Shown: positions 16,452 through 26,940, counted from the first letter of the stretch. The stretch: DNA of 64,000 nt from Fastidiosipila sp. (GCA_012837885.1 DUQI01000113.1:894-64893), one strand, 5' to 3'. Notes: generated from the letters alone by a model not told the origin. Program-made: numbers and translations.

Positions 16452-17406
16452 TAGCTTCCTCCTGGAACGCATCATCGCGATTTATTATTTCCTTCGGCTT
16501 ACAGCCTAAAAAAGTCAATAGTGCCTCATACGCGTCGTCTTTGTTCAGTTCATTGAACACTTCGTGCCGCGAATCTTCCAATAAAACGACTTCAACCGAG
16601 CGCTGTCGTTTTTTTAGTTCTCTTGCCAGCCAGCGAATGCCTTTGCCGTTATTGCCGATCGGGTCCTGATCTCCCGAGATAAAAAGATAACGCGCTTTCC
16701 GGCTGATGCGGTCGAGCGTTTTCGCCTTGTTTATCTTCGTCGCCCAGGTAAGTAAATCGCCTAGCGCTCTTGCCGTAAAAGAAAAACCGCAGAGCGGATC
16801 GGCATTGTACCGATCGACCAGTGTCACGTCTCGGCTCAGCCAGGCATTGTCTTTCGCCAGTTTCCCGTAGTTCATGAGCATCAGCCGGTTCATCAGAGGC
16901 GAACGATGCCTCGGTCCTTTTATCGCCGAAATGACACGGGCCAGGAACCGGCCGGGACTCAAGGTGGCATTCTTCCCTATCGTGCCGGTGAAGACACACG
17001 CAGTAAAACCATGCATGTCCTCCGACATCAGACAACGGGCGATCATCGAGCCCATCGAATGACCGAACAAAACAAACGTCTGCTCGGGATATGCTGCCAT
17101 GACTTCCCGGATAAGCGCATGAATGTCAGCCAGCACAAACGTGTCACCGTTTCGATCCGCAAAGTGTCCGAGTGTCAGGGATTCACGTGCGCGCTTACCG
17201 TGTCCCGGCAAATCAAAGAGCAAGACGCCGATGCCTTCCGCTGTCAATCGCTGAGCGAGTTCCAGATAACGATCGCTGTACTCGGCCATGCCGTGAATGA
17301 CGATGACGATCTGTTTCATCTCACCGACGGCCGGTCCGTAAAGCCTTGCTTCCAACGGTTGACCGGTCAACGTATTCAGTTCACTGAATGTGCGTTTAAT
17401 GTCCAT
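16438..17406 (-). CDS. alpha/beta hydrolase (lysophospholipase / monoacylglycerol-lipase-like)
   Basis: Nucleophile elbow GHSMGS, the oxyanion-region motif HGMAEYSDRY, and a C-terminal His in DSRHEV. Confidence 0.85.
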   Translation of the reverse strand: MDIKRTFSELNTLTGQPLEARLYGPAVGEMKQIVIVIHGMAEYSDRYLELAQRLTAEGIGVLLFDLPGHGKRARESLTLGHFADRNGDTFVLADIHALIREVMAAYPEQTFVLFGHSMGSMIARCLMSEDMHGFTACVFTGTIGKNATLSPGRFLARVISAIKGPRHRSPLMNRLMLMNYGKLAKDNAWLSRDVTLVDRYNADPLCGFSFTARALGDLLTWATKINKAKTLDRISRKARYLFISGDQDPIGNNGKGIRWLARELKKRQRSVEVVLLEDSRHEVFNELNKDDAYEALLTFLGCKPKEIINRDDAFQEEANDHH

Positions 17407-17410
17407 CGGA

Positions 17411-18514
17411 TCAACGTTTTCCTATGTATCCTTCCGCCAGCATCAGTTCCGCTGTCAGGATCGCGCCGCCGGCAGCGCCTCTCAGCGTATTGTGTGAAAG
17501 ACAGGTGAATTTGTAATCGTAGATTGGATCTTCCCGCAAACGTCCGATCGCGATCCCCATGCCGTTACGGCTCAAGGCATCGAGCACAGGCTGCGGTCGA
17601 TCGAAATCGTCGAGATAACGTAAAAACGGTTTCGGCGCAGACGGCAGGTCGAGTTCTTGCGGCAGACTTGAATACTCGCGCCAGCGCATCAGAATCTCAT
17701 TTTGGTCGACCGATTTACGAAATTTTACGTAAACGGCTGCCATATGCCCTTCCAGCACAGGCACACGATAACACTGCGCTGAAATCAGCGGCTTCTTCGC
17801 GAGTTCAATATGGTCACCAGCAAACTCGCCCCAGATCTTCAGTGGTTCCAATTCGCTTTTTTCTTCTTCTCCTGAAATAAACGGAATGACGTTTCCGTTC
17901 ATTTCCGGCCAGTCAGCCAGCGTCTTACCGGCGCCGGATACCGCCTGATACGTCGAGACAAACATGCTCTCGGGTATAAAATCCATAAGCGGCGCGAGTG
18001 CCGGTACATAGCTTTGTATCGAGCAGTTCGGCTTGACGACGATAAAGCCGTGCGTCGTGTTCAAACGCTTCTTCTGAGCCTCGATCAGCTGTAGATGATG
18101 CGGATTGACTTCCGGCAAAACCATCGGCACATCGGGCGTCCAGCGGTTTGCCGAGTTGTTCGATACGACCGGTACTTCCCTCTTAGCGATCGCTTCTTCG
18201 AGCGAGATAAGCGGCTCTTTTTCCATGTCGACAGCGCAGAAAACGAGATCACTCAGATCGCAAAAACGATCGACATCATCCGTGCCCATCATTACGAGCG
18301 ATGCAACATTTTCCGGAATCGGTGCATCGATCTTCCAGCGTCCTTCGACCGCTTCCTCGTACGTCTTCCCTTCCGAGCGCGGTGATGCCGTCACTGCAAC
18401 GATTTCAAACCACGGATGATCGGCCAGGAGCGTGACAAAACGCTGTCCGACAAAACCGGTCGCGCCAACAACAGATACTTTCAATTTACGGTCAATTTTC
18501 ATATGCTTTCCCAT
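17411..18514 (-). CDS. asd: aspartate-semialdehyde dehydrogenase
   Basis: NAD(P) motif VSVVGATGFVGQRF; active-site Cys in KPNCSIQSY. Alternative start at 18502. Confidence 0.9.
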   Translation of the reverse strand: MGKHMKIDRKLKVSVVGATGFVGQRFVTLLADHPWFEIVAVTASPRSEGKTYEEAVEGRWKIDAPIPENVASLVMMGTDDVDRFCDLSDLVFCAVDMEKEPLISLEEAIAKREVPVVSNNSANRWTPDVPMVLPEVNPHHLQLIEAQKKRLNTTHGFIVVKPNCSIQSYVPALAPLMDFIPESMFVSTYQAVSGAGKTLADWPEMNGNVIPFISGEEEKSELEPLKIWGEFAGDHIELAKKPLISAQCYRVPVLEGHMAAVYVKFRKSVDQNEILMRWREYSSLPQELDLPSAPKPFLRYLDDFDRPQPVLDALSRNGMGIAIGRLREDPIYDYKFTCLSHNTLRGAAGGAILTAELMLAEGYIGKR

Positions 18515-18551
18515 TTACGTTACGTTTCCGTAAACGACTAAGTTCGATAAG

Positions 18552-18559
18552 TGTATAAT
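18552..18559 (+). promoter_or_regulatory. possible extended -10 element (TGTATAAT) for the recombinase gene
   Basis: tgtataat lies 24 nt upstream of the ATG at 18583. No good -35 is present. Confidence 0.35.
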
Positions 18560-18582
18560 ATACAAGGATTGAAAGTGGGTCA

Positions 18583-19608
18583 ATGAAAAGAGGTAAAACG
18601 ACACAGAATATGACAACAGACGTTGAGCAAAAAAGCATCGATTCGTTTCCCCGCCTAGACGAGTTTTCCGGTTATTTCCAAGCGATTCGCGGACGCGCTG
18701 AAAGGACGATCCGCGAGTATCGTTACGATATCGCTTTGTTCTTCCGTTATCTTCTGAAAACGAGAGAGAATAGACCGGAAAAACTGGAAGAGATCGATAT
18801 CTCGAGTGTCAATGATGATACGATCCGAAGTGTAAATTTAGCTGATTTTTACGGTTTTATCAGCCACCTGGCCGTAAACCGAAAAAATGGTCCGGCAGCG
18901 AGAGCGAGACGTGTCTCCTCTTTACGGACATTCTTTACGTATGTTACGGATAAAGCCAAGGTCACAGAGACGAACGTTGCCTTGCAACTCGAGTCTCCCA
19001 AACAGTTAAAACGCCAGCCGCGCTATCTGACGCTCGAACAAAGCCGCGAGCTGCTCCATGCCGCTTCTGAGAAAGATTCGAAGTACAGCGAACGAGACTA
19101 CCTGATCCTGACACTTTTTTTAAACTGCGGTATGCGTCTGTCGGAACTGGTTAGTATTGACATCAGTGACATTAGAAACGATACACTGGTGGTCATGGGC
19201 AAGGGCGGCAAGGAAAGGACGATCTATTTGAACAATGCCTGCATGGTGGCGCTCTCCGAGTATCTGGACGTCAGACCACCGGCTAAAAAAGGCGATGACG
19301 ATGCTCTGTTTCTTAGCCGACTCGGGCGGCGTATCGGTGTGCGGGCCGTGCAAAACATCATAAAGAAATACATCACGGCGGCCGGTCTCGATCCGGCACG
19401 CTACTCGACCCATAAGCTAAGGCATACGGCGGCAACCCTGATGTACCAACACGGTCAGGTCGATCTTAGAAGCCTGCAGACCATTCTCGGGCATTCGAGT
19501 ATCGCGACGACGGAAATCTATACGCATTTGAACGCCGATCTGCTGCATAAGGCGGTAGAGAGCAATCCTTTGGCTGAAGAACGGCCGAAAGCATTTGAGG
19601 AGGAATAA
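18583..19608 (+). CDS. tyrosine site-specific recombinase (XerC/XerD family)
   Basis: N-terminal SAM-like core-binding domain. Catalytic residues in ARRVSSLR..., HKLRHTAATLMY and LGHSSIATTEIYTH. Confidence 0.88.
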   Translation: MKRGKTTQNMTTDVEQKSIDSFPRLDEFSGYFQAIRGRAERTIREYRYDIALFFRYLLKTRENRPEKLEEIDISSVNDDTIRSVNLADFYGFISHLAVNRKNGPAARARRVSSLRTFFTYVTDKAKVTETNVALQLESPKQLKRQPRYLTLEQSRELLHAASEKDSKYSERDYLILTLFLNCGMRLSELVSIDISDIRNDTLVVMGKGGKERTIYLNNACMVALSEYLDVRPPAKKGDDDALFLSRLGRRIGVRAVQNIIKKYITAAGLDPARYSTHKLRHTAATLMYQHGQVDLRSLQTILGHSSIATTEIYTHLNADLLHKAVESNPLAEERPKAFEEE

Positions 19609-19615
19609 AGAAACG

Positions 19616-20089
19616 ATGATCACAGTAGAACAAGTCGATGAGTTCATCACGAAGACCGGGGCGACCTATGAAGCGGCCAAGCGCTATCTTGAGCAAAACG
19701 ACGGCGATGTTGAAGCCGCTGTCGAAGAGTACAGGGAGCAGCACAAAGATAAAGAGCCGTTTTCGGCCGATGACTTTATCGGTGCGATCAAGCAATTGAT
19801 CGCACGAGGTAATGCGACCAGTTTAAAGATCATCAATAACGAAGGTAAGACGTTTTTAAACCTCTCTTTGACGATCAGCACACTCGGTGTCGTCTTGATT
19901 CCATACCTTTCCCTGATCGGACTCGGTGCGCTGGCCTTGAGCGACTACACATTTTTAATCGAAAAGTCGGACGGCACCGTCTTGAACGTCAACGAATGGC
20001 TCGCCAGAAAAAAATCGAACCAAGATTTTGATGATGAAACAGAACCGCAGGAGCCTCAAGCGAGAGACGGCCATCAGGATTACTATTAG
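19616..20089 (+). CDS. hypothetical protein with a UBA/TS-N-like N-terminal domain (DUF4342-like)
   Basis: ITVEQVDEFITKTGATYEAAKRYLEQNDGDVEAAVEEY resembles UBA / EF-Ts N-domains. There is a hydrophobic central segment and an acidic tail. GAGGAGGAA lies upstream of ATG 19616; the ORF-track TTG start is at 19595. Confidence 0.6.
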   Translation: MITVEQVDEFITKTGATYEAAKRYLEQNDGDVEAAVEEYREQHKDKEPFSADDFIGAIKQLIARGNATSLKIINNEGKTFLNLSLTISTLGVVLIPYLSLIGLGALALSDYTFLIEKSDGTVLNVNEWLARKKSNQDFDDETEPQEPQARDGHQDYY

Positions 20090-20127
20090 ACGAGCGATAC
20101 TGGAACGAGCCAGAGGAATTTATTGAA

Positions 20128-20161
20128 GAGCGAAAGGCGGCCGATCGGCCGCCTTTCGCTC
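20128..20161. terminator. bidirectional intrinsic terminator
   Basis: Perfect palindrome gagcgaaaggcggccg-at-cggccgcctttcgctc followed by a T-rich tract, between convergent genes. Confidence 0.8.
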
Positions 20162-20217
20162 TTGTTTCTCTTATTTGCTCTTATCTGTGTTTAAGATTTT
20201 TTTTACGAAAGGACCAA

Positions 20218-21675
20218 TTAGAACTTCTGATTTCTAATCGGCTCCATCGTCTCGAGGAAGGCCTTGTAGGCACGATACGTTTCGTAGACATCGATCTTAC
20301 TCGTGATCTCGAAAAGCGAATGCATCGAGAGCGTCGGTACGCCGCAGTCGATGACTTCCATGCCGAGTGCCGCCTGGAACTTGGCGACTGTGCCGCCACC
20401 GCCCTGATCGACTTTGCCCATTTCGCCGGCCTGCCAGGCCACGTTCGCTTTGTTGAAACAGGCCGTCAGTGCGGAGAAGAGTTCGGATGAGGCGTCGGAC
20501 GTGCCGCCCTTCCCTCTCACACCGCCGTACTTGGCGATCGCGATGCCGTGACCGACCTTTGAGACATTGAGCGGATCCGATACTTCAGGAAAGGACGGAT
20601 CGTGGGCAGCCGTCACGTCTGAAGAGATGACGACGGTGTGTGCCTGATTTTCAAACACATCGCCGATCGTCGGCGGCTGGCCGAGCATCTTTTTCATGAT
20701 CTCGTGCTGCACATACTGGTAGAGTGCTGAAGAGGCGCCTGTATTGCCATCCGAGCCTGTCTCTTCTTTGTCATAGAGCACGACCATACCAGTGCGTTTC
20801 AGCGTGCCGCTGTCCAGGAGTGCCTTCATTGCCGTGTACGCACAGACGCGGTCGTCTTGACCGTAAGCGCCGAGGAAAGCACGGTCGAAGCCGACATCTT
20901 TCGCCTTGCCGGCCGGCACGACCTCGATCTCGGCCGTCACAAAATCTTTTTCGGTGATACCGTATTCTTCATAGAGCAGGTTTAAAAGGCCGAGTTTAAA
21001 GCGATCCTTCGTCTCTTCATCGTCATACGGCAACCCGCCGATCAAGACGTTCAACTGTTCACCACTGATCACTTCACTCGCTTTTTTCACCATCTGGTCT
21101 TTGCCGAGATGCGGCAGAAGATCGGTCACGGTGAATACCGGATCATTTTCCTTATCACCGATATCGAGCTGCACTTCGGTTCCATCTTCCTTATAGAGCA
21201 CGCCCTTGATAGCGAGCGGTGTCGCGGCCCATTGATACTTTTTGATGCCGCCGTAGTAATGCGTCTTCAGTAAGACGAGTTCACTCGCTTCGTACACTGG
21301 CTGTGGTTTCAGATCGAGGCGTGGTGAGTCGATATGCGCACCGACCAGATTGAATCCGTCACGCGGATCGTCTTTACCGATTTTTGCGGCGACGATCGCT
21401 CTGTCTCTTACGACCTGATACACCTTATCGCCGGCTTTCAGCGATTTCGCTTCTGAGAGCGGTTTGTAGCCCGCCTTTTTCAACTCTGCCAATGCGTAAT
21501 CGACATAGAGCCTTTCGGTCTTCCCTTCGTCAAGCGCTTTTTTGTAATCTTCGGCGAACGCAAATGCTTCTTTTCTTGAAGATTTCGCGACTTCTCCCCA
21601 TTGGTTCTTCGTCTCAAAGAAGAGCTTTTCGCGCAATGCTTTCGTCTCGTCCTTCTTCTTATCCTTCGTTGCCAT
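20218..21675 (-). CDS. M18-family aminopeptidase
   Basis: VGAHIDSPRLDLKPQP motif, metal ligands in GAYGQDDRVC and YDKEETGS, 485 aa. Confidence 0.85.
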   Translation of the reverse strand: MATKDKKKDETKALREKLFFETKNQWGEVAKSSRKEAFAFAEDYKKALDEGKTERLYVDYALAELKKAGYKPLSEAKSLKAGDKVYQVVRDRAIVAAKIGKDDPRDGFNLVGAHIDSPRLDLKPQPVYEASELVLLKTHYYGGIKKYQWAATPLAIKGVLYKEDGTEVQLDIGDKENDPVFTVTDLLPHLGKDQMVKKASEVISGEQLNVLIGGLPYDDEETKDRFKLGLLNLLYEEYGITEKDFVTAEIEVVPAGKAKDVGFDRAFLGAYGQDDRVCAYTAMKALLDSGTLKRTGMVVLYDKEETGSDGNTGASSALYQYVQHEIMKKMLGQPPTIGDVFENQAHTVVISSDVTAAHDPSFPEVSDPLNVSKVGHGIAIAKYGGVRGKGGTSDASSELFSALTACFNKANVAWQAGEMGKVDQGGGGTVAKFQAALGMEVIDCGVPTLSMHSLFEITSKIDVYETYRAYKAFLETMEPIRNQKF

Positions 21676-22602
21676 TTATTCCTCCAACTGATCGATTAGA
21701 TCAAAAATTTCCTCATGAACAGCGCGCACAATCCCGTATGGATTGTGCACGTTATGGGCCGTCGTAGTGGCCACCGCGTTGTGCTTCGGGCTGACGATCG
21801 CATACTGACCGTAAAGTCCGTCTGCGCGAAAGCTCCCATCCACCGTGCCGATCCAGCACTGGTAGCCGTATCCTTGCTCCAGTTCAGGTTCGTCGAAGAA
21901 TCCTGAATCGACCGTATCGCTATGCATCCGGTCGACAAACGTACCGGAGACGAGTGTCTCGCCATTCCACTTTCCTCGCATCAATAACAGCCTGCCGATC
22001 TTCGCGTAGTCTCTACCGCTTAAAAACAGTTCGGTAAAACCGAGCGTGTGACCGTGCGGACAAAGATGCCAGACGTGTTTTTTAATATCGAGCGGTGCAA
22101 AGAGCCGTGGCGTTAAAAAGAGATCCAGGCGTTCGCCACTCACTTTCTCCACGACGCGGGACAGAGCATACGTCGACGCATTGTTGTAGTGGAAGCGTTC
22201 GCCTGGTAAAGCATCGAGATCTTCACTGAGGAAGATATCGAGATAATCGTCTTTTGTCTCGACATCCGCCGTCTTAAACAGGCGCACATGTTTGCCGGCT
22301 GACATCTGCAGAAGATGGCGGATTTCGATCTTGTCGACATTAGGCGCGATATTTGTTTTCTCCGGGAATATATCGACGAGTTTCGTGTCGATATGTAGGG
22401 AGCCGGTATCAAGGAGCATGCCGACGGCGAGTGCCGTCACCGTCTTGGCGCCGGAATAGATGTTCATCGCACGCTGTTCTTTGAAATCAAAAGAAGCCGT
22501 GCCGTATCGCTTGTGGAATACTTCGACCGTATTGACCTGTAGGTTTTCTTCCAAGCAACGAAGACGAAATCCGTGTAAAAATGAAAACGGAAACTGACGC
22601 AT
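21676..22602 (-). CDS. serine hydrolase (beta-lactamase / transpeptidase-like family)
   Basis: S-x-x-K motif in YSGAKTVTALAVG and a YNNASTYAL (Y-x-N) motif. It abuts the aminopeptidase start with no gap. Confidence 0.75.
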   Translation of the reverse strand: MRQFPFSFLHGFRLRCLEENLQVNTVEVFHKRYGTASFDFKEQRAMNIYSGAKTVTALAVGMLLDTGSLHIDTKLVDIFPEKTNIAPNVDKIEIRHLLQMSAGKHVRLFKTADVETKDDYLDIFLSEDLDALPGERFHYNNASTYALSRVVEKVSGERLDLFLTPRLFAPLDIKKHVWHLCPHGHTLGFTELFLSGRDYAKIGRLLLMRGKWNGETLVSGTFVDRMHSDTVDSGFFDEPELEQGYGYQCWIGTVDGSFRADGLYGQYAIVSPKHNAVATTTAHNVHNPYGIVRAVHEEIFDLIDQLEE

Positions 22603-22741
22603 TGATCCCCCTCTTTAGTAGTCCGCTTCAACCATCTTAAAGCGAAATGTCGCAAGGTGGCAAGTGAGGCGGCGGAAGGTCCGTAAAAGTTGTGCCATTG
22701 TCGATTGACGCTTCTGAAACAGATACTCTAGACTCGAAAGT

Positions 22742-23578
22742 ATGAGTTACGTTGATACACATAATCATCAGGCTGGTTGGTCGGTCGATGCGTCGATCCC
22801 GCTTCAAGAGCTTGTAAAAGAAGCGCGAGATCTCGGCCTTTTAGGCGTCACTTTGACCGATCATTACGACTATAACGGCGAAGCCGATAACGATTGGTGC
22901 CTCGATGTCGACGCTTACATCGAGCACATGAAGGATAAACGTCAGGCAGACCTAAACGATCTTTTGATCCTAACCGGTATTGAGCTCGGCTACACGCCGG
23001 AGCACAAAGCGCACATGGTGGAGGTCTCTTTACGACCGGAATTCGATCATACGATTCTCTCCTTGCACTTTCACCGCGGTATCGATCCCTACTACGATCC
23101 GGATGGTGTGGTCAAAGGATATGAAAACCATAAGCGCTTCACGTCCACTCTGATCAACGATATCGCCGATTCGGCAATAGCCGTACCGAAGGCCAATACG
23201 ATCGGCCATTACGACTTTTTCTCGCGCTATCTGCCGTGGCAAAAGAGCAAATTCAATTATGTCGACGCACCCGACGCTTTCGATCGCCTGTTCAGCATCA
23301 TGATTGAAAACGGACAGTCGCTCGAGTTAAACGCCGGCACGATCCATCGCCTGGTCGGCAAATCGTATTCGCTGGAAGAAGCGCTGCCGGACGAAATGGT
23401 GTTGCGACGCTACAAAGAGCTCGGTGGTCACTTGATCACGATCGCTTCCGATGCACATAGAAGCGGTAAACTCGCTGAGTTGACCTCTCACCTGCTCGCC
23501 CAGGTGAACGCACTGGGACTGACGCCTTGCTACTTCAAAGAGCAAAAACCGTACGATATGTCACACAGTAGACTCTAG
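22742..23578 (+). CDS. PHP-family phosphoesterase (histidinol-phosphatase-like)
   Basis: N-terminal DTHNH metal motif and C-terminal IASDAHR. Confidence 0.75.
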   Translation: MSYVDTHNHQAGWSVDASIPLQELVKEARDLGLLGVTLTDHYDYNGEADNDWCLDVDAYIEHMKDKRQADLNDLLILTGIELGYTPEHKAHMVEVSLRPEFDHTILSLHFHRGIDPYYDPDGVVKGYENHKRFTSTLINDIADSAIAVPKANTIGHYDFFSRYLPWQKSKFNYVDAPDAFDRLFSIMIENGQSLELNAGTIHRLVGKSYSLEEALPDEMVLRRYKELGGHLITIASDAHRSGKLAELTSHLLAQVNALGLTPCYFKEQKPYDMSHSRL

Positions 23579-23626
23579 TCATCAGCTAAAAGAAAAGAGT
23601 CAGAAGAAGAATCATTAAAGATTTAC

Positions 23627-23664
23627 GAAAAACACCTCCCACTTCAAGTGAGAGGTGTTTTTTA
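23627..23664. terminator. bidirectional intrinsic terminator
   Basis: aaaaacacctc ... gaggtgtttttt: an 8-bp stem flanked by A- and T-tracts between convergent genes. A second weaker hairpin (atagcag / ctgctat) follows. Confidence 0.75.
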
Positions 23665-23720
23665 ATAGCAGCTAAATACCCTGCTATTTTCAAATAGAAA
23701 TAGAGTCTGTAGATTGGCGT

Positions 23721-24164
23721 TTAGTGCTCAACTTCGTGATCGTGGGCGTCGTCTTCGACGACCTTGAAGAGTTTTCTGTTTTCCTCATTCAGCAGATTGT
23801 GCTTCTCGTAGTATTCGAGAAGCGCTTTTTTCACCGCCTGCTCTGCGAGCAAACTACAGTGAATCTTGATCGGGGGCAGACCGTCCAACGCATCGGCGAC
23901 GGCTTTGTTTGTCAGCTGCAGGGCTTCATCGATCGTCTTTCCCTTGATCATCTCGGTTGCCATCGAGCTGGTTGCGATCGCCGAGCCACAGCCGAACGTC
24001 TTGAACTTGGCATCGATGATGATGCCGTCTTCTATCTTCAAATCGACCTTCATGATGTCGCCGCATTTAGCGTTCCCTACCGTACCGCTCGCCGAGGCAT
24101 TCTCGATCTCGCCGACGTTTCTCGGGTTCATGAAATGATCCATTACTTTTTCACTATATTCCAT
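23721..24164 (-). CDS. nifU: Fe-S cluster assembly scaffold (NifU/IscU-type)
   Basis: Three cluster-ligand cysteines in GNAKCGD, FGCGSAIA and HCSLLA. N-terminus MEYSEKVMDHFMNPRNVG. Confidence 0.92.
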   Translation of the reverse strand: MEYSEKVMDHFMNPRNVGEIENASASGTVGNAKCGDIMKVDLKIEDGIIIDAKFKTFGCGSAIATSSMATEMIKGKTIDEALQLTNKAVADALDGLPPIKIHCSLLAEQAVKKALLEYYEKHNLLNEENRKLFKVVEDDAHDHEVEH

Positions 24165-25398
24165 AACTTTTCTCCAACAGTATGTCGTCATCCGATGTTT
24201 CGCTGATCAAGTGCTTAAGGCGTCCGCTCTTGTAGTCGCTGTAAAGCGGCGACATATCGCGTAGACGTTCAATAATCGGCGGTAAATCGGCGATTAAGCG
24301 TTCAATATCGGCGAGCTCGTTGTCGTGTCCGAGTGTGACCCGGAGCGAGCCATGAGCGACTTCATGCGGCATGCCGATCGCCAACAGGACATGCGACGGA
24401 TCGAGGGAGCCGGATGTGCAGGCCGAGCCGGAAGAACACATATAGCCTTTGGCATCGAGCAAGATGAGAATCGATTCGCCTTCAATGAATTCGAAAGAGA
24501 CGTTTACATTGTTCGGCAGGCGCTTCGTCGGATGGCCGTTCAGCTTCGTGTGGGGGATCTCTCGCAAGCCTTCGATCAGACGATCACGCAGTGCCGTCAA
24601 ACGCTTTTCGTTTTCCGCCATCTTTTCCACGGCCAGATCGAGCGCCTTGGCAAAACCGACCGCAAAAGCGACATTTTCCGTGCCGGCACGTCGATTCAGC
24701 TCTTGAGCACCGCCGTCGATCAGGCGACCGAGTCGTACACCACGTCGCACGTAGAGCGCACCGATCCCTTTCGGCGCATATAGCTTGTGTGCCGAAAACG
24801 AGGCGAGATCGCATCCGATCTCCCTGACGTCGAATGGAACAGCGCCGAGCGCCTGGACGGCATCAGTATGAAACAATACGCCGCGCGACTTGCAGATCGA
24901 GGCGATTTCTTTGACCGGGTTAATCGTGCCGATCTCATTGTTCGCCATCATGATCGTGACCAAAATCGTGTCCTCGCGCAGGGCTTTTTCGACCTCGGCC
25001 GGATCGACCATACCGAAGCGGTCGACATCCAAATAGGTCACGTCATAGCCTTGCTTTTCCAGATGCTCACACGTATGTAAGACGGCGTGATGCTCGACCT
25101 TCGACGTGATGATGTGTTTTCCCTTGTTGCTGTAAGCTTCGGCCACACCTTTGATCGCGTGGTTGTCGGCTTCACTTCCGCTCGCTGTGAAAATCACTTC
25201 ACGCGGAGCGGCGCCGATGTGCGTCGCAATCGTCATTCTGGCATCTTCCAACAGATGATGCGCGTCATGGCCTTCTTTATAAAACGACGACGGGTTGCCG
25301 TAGCTTCGCTCCAGCACAGGCAGGATCGCCGCCAGTACTTCAGGATGCACAGGCGTCGTCGCCGCATGATCAAAATAGATTCTTTTTACGTCTGCCAT
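24154..25398 (-). CDS. nifS: cysteine desulfurase (NifS-type, class I)
   Basis: IYFDHAATTP; PLP lysine in SFSAHKLYAPKG; active-site loop SSGSACTSG. ATG at 25398. Confidence 0.92.
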   Translation of the reverse strand: MADVKRIYFDHAATTPVHPEVLAAILPVLERSYGNPSSFYKEGHDAHHLLEDARMTIATHIGAAPREVIFTASGSEADNHAIKGVAEAYSNKGKHIITSKVEHHAVLHTCEHLEKQGYDVTYLDVDRFGMVDPAEVEKALREDTILVTIMMANNEIGTINPVKEIASICKSRGVLFHTDAVQALGAVPFDVREIGCDLASFSAHKLYAPKGIGALYVRRGVRLGRLIDGGAQELNRRAGTENVAFAVGFAKALDLAVEKMAENEKRLTALRDRLIEGLREIPHTKLNGHPTKRLPNNVNVSFEFIEGESILILLDAKGYMCSSGSACTSGSLDPSHVLLAIGMPHEVAHGSLRVTLGHDNELADIERLIADLPPIIERLRDMSPLYSDYKSGRLKHLISETSDDDILLEKSYGI

Positions 25399-25499
25399 TA
25401 ATGGACAACTATCCTTCCTAAGACGACCGAAAACGCGGCCGTCAGCGCCCAAAGTGTAGTCGTGAAACGTCCTAATGGCAGTATCTTCAGTTACATGGG

Positions 25500-26819
25500 C
25501 TATTTTTCCGAAACGTTCTCTTTTTCGCCCTTCAATCGCTTATACCAGCTCCTGATTTTGGCTTCATAACCGCGGTCGCTCGGCTCGTAGTAGACACGTC
25601 CTTCGAGTGATTCAGGCAGGTACGATTCGTCTATGAACGCATTCTGGTAATCGTGTGCGTAGCGATATCCCTTGTGATAGCCGAGCGCTTCCATTCCTTT
25701 GGCCGGCGCGTTCCTAAGTCGCATCGGAATCTCTCTGTGAGGCTCCGTCGCGACGTCGCTCATCGCCTCGTTGATCGCGAGATAAGAGCGGTTCGATTTC
25801 GGCGACGTTGCTATGGCGACGGCGGCTTCGGCCAGAATGATTCGAGCCTCCGGCATACCGATCATCATCGCGGCCTGAGTCGCAGCGACGGCGATCGAGA
25901 GCATCTGAGGATTGGCGAGCCCCACATCTTCGGCAGCCGCGATGATCATGCGACGGCCGAGGAAGGCCACATCCTCTCCACCGTAGAGCGCGCGCGCCAA
26001 ATAATAGACGGCGGCGTCCGGATCGGAGCCGCGCATCGACTTGATAAAAGCCGAGATCGTGTCGTAGTGCGCCTCACCGTCTTTGTCGAAAGCCGGACTT
26101 TTCTTTTGCATGCAGTCGATCGCGACCTCGAGTGTGATGTTAATGACACCATCTTTTGCCGGCGGCGTCGTCGCCACGGCGAGTTCCAGAGCATTCAATG
26201 CGATACGCGCATCGCCGCCCGACATCGCCGTCCAGAAGGCCATCGCATCGTCCTCGACCTTAACGTTCAGACGACCGAACCCGCGTTCTTCGTCTTCGAT
26301 CGCCCGTAAGAGCAAGGTCTTGATGTCGTCTTCCGTCAGCGCGTAGAGTTGGAAGACGGTGGAGCGCGAGATCAGGGCTTTGTTGACCTCGAAAAACGGA
26401 TTTTCTGTCGTCGCCCCGATCAAGATCAAGGTGCCGTCTTCAACCTGCGGCAACAGTGCGTCCTGCTGCGCCTTATTGAAACGGTGAATCTCATCGATAA
26501 AAAGTACGGTACGGCCGGATGGCGTAATAAAGTGGTTTTGCGTATCGGCAATAATTCTTTTAATGTCGGCGACACCGGCAGTCACGGCATTGATCCGGTT
26601 AAAACCGGTCTTCGTCGTCGCCGCTATTATTCTGGCGAGCGACGTCTTCCCTGTGCCGGGAGGACCAAAGAGGATGATCGAACTTAATTTATCGGCCTCG
26701 ATCATGCGCCGCAACATGCGTCCCTTACCGAGAATATGTTCCTGCCCGACGTACTCGTCGAGCGTCCTAGGCGACATACGGTAGGCCAACGGTTCAATTC
26801 TTTTCGACATGTCTTCCAT
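25500..26819 (-). CDS. rarA: replication-associated recombination protein A (AAA+ RarA/MgsA)
   Basis: Walker [16 protein letters not shown], Walker [16 protein letters not shown], and the MgsA C-terminal domain. Confidence 0.93.
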   Translation of the reverse strand: MEDMSKRIEPLAYRMSPRTLDEYVGQEHILGKGRMLRRMIEADKLSSIILFGPPGTGKTSLARIIAATTKTGFNRINAVTAGVADIKRIIADTQNHFITPSGRTVLFIDEIHRFNKAQQDALLPQVEDGTLILIGATTENPFFEVNKALISRSTVFQLYALTEDDIKTLLLRAIEDEERGFGRLNVKVEDDAMAFWTAMSGGDARIALNALELAVATTPPAKDGVINITLEVAIDCMQKKSPAFDKDGEAHYDTISAFIKSMRGSDPDAAVYYLARALYGGEDVAFLGRRMIIAAAEDVGLANPQMLSIAVAATQAAMMIGMPEARIILAEAAVAIATSPKSNRSYLAINEAMSDVATEPHREIPMRLRNAPAKGMEALGYHKGYRYAHDYQNAFIDESYLPESLEGRVYYEPSDRGYEAKIRSWYKRLKGEKENVSEK

Positions 26820-26876
26820 AAGGCCAGTGTAGCACTCAACCGGCAGAGCATTTCAAGCAAGAGGCACATGGGAGAA

Positions 26877-26913
26877 CATAAAAGGCGGCTCCGAACCCAA
26901 TCGAAGCCGCCTT
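26877..26913 (-). terminator. intrinsic terminator downstream of glyA
   Basis: 9-bp stem aaggcggct / agccgcctt. On the minus strand it is followed by TTTTAT. Confidence 0.7.
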
Positions 26914-26940
26914 AAGACAGTTAAATGATTCGCTTTTAAC

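Noticed and set aside
18515-18540. The short inverted repeat ttacg-tttc-cgtaa and nearby aaacgactaagttcg as a possible additional LexA box upstream of asd or the recombinase.
   Set aside because: Spacing and half-sites do not fit GAAC-N4-GTT[CT]: there is a 6-nt spacer and the arms are too short to distinguish from chance.
18583-20089. A tyrosine recombinase as a possible marker of an integrated mobile element or prophage.
   Set aside because: No phage, transposase, excisionase or conjugation genes flank it, and no tRNA or direct repeats are visible. The neighbours are housekeeping genes (asd, aminopeptidase). A chromosomal Xer-type recombinase is the more likely call.
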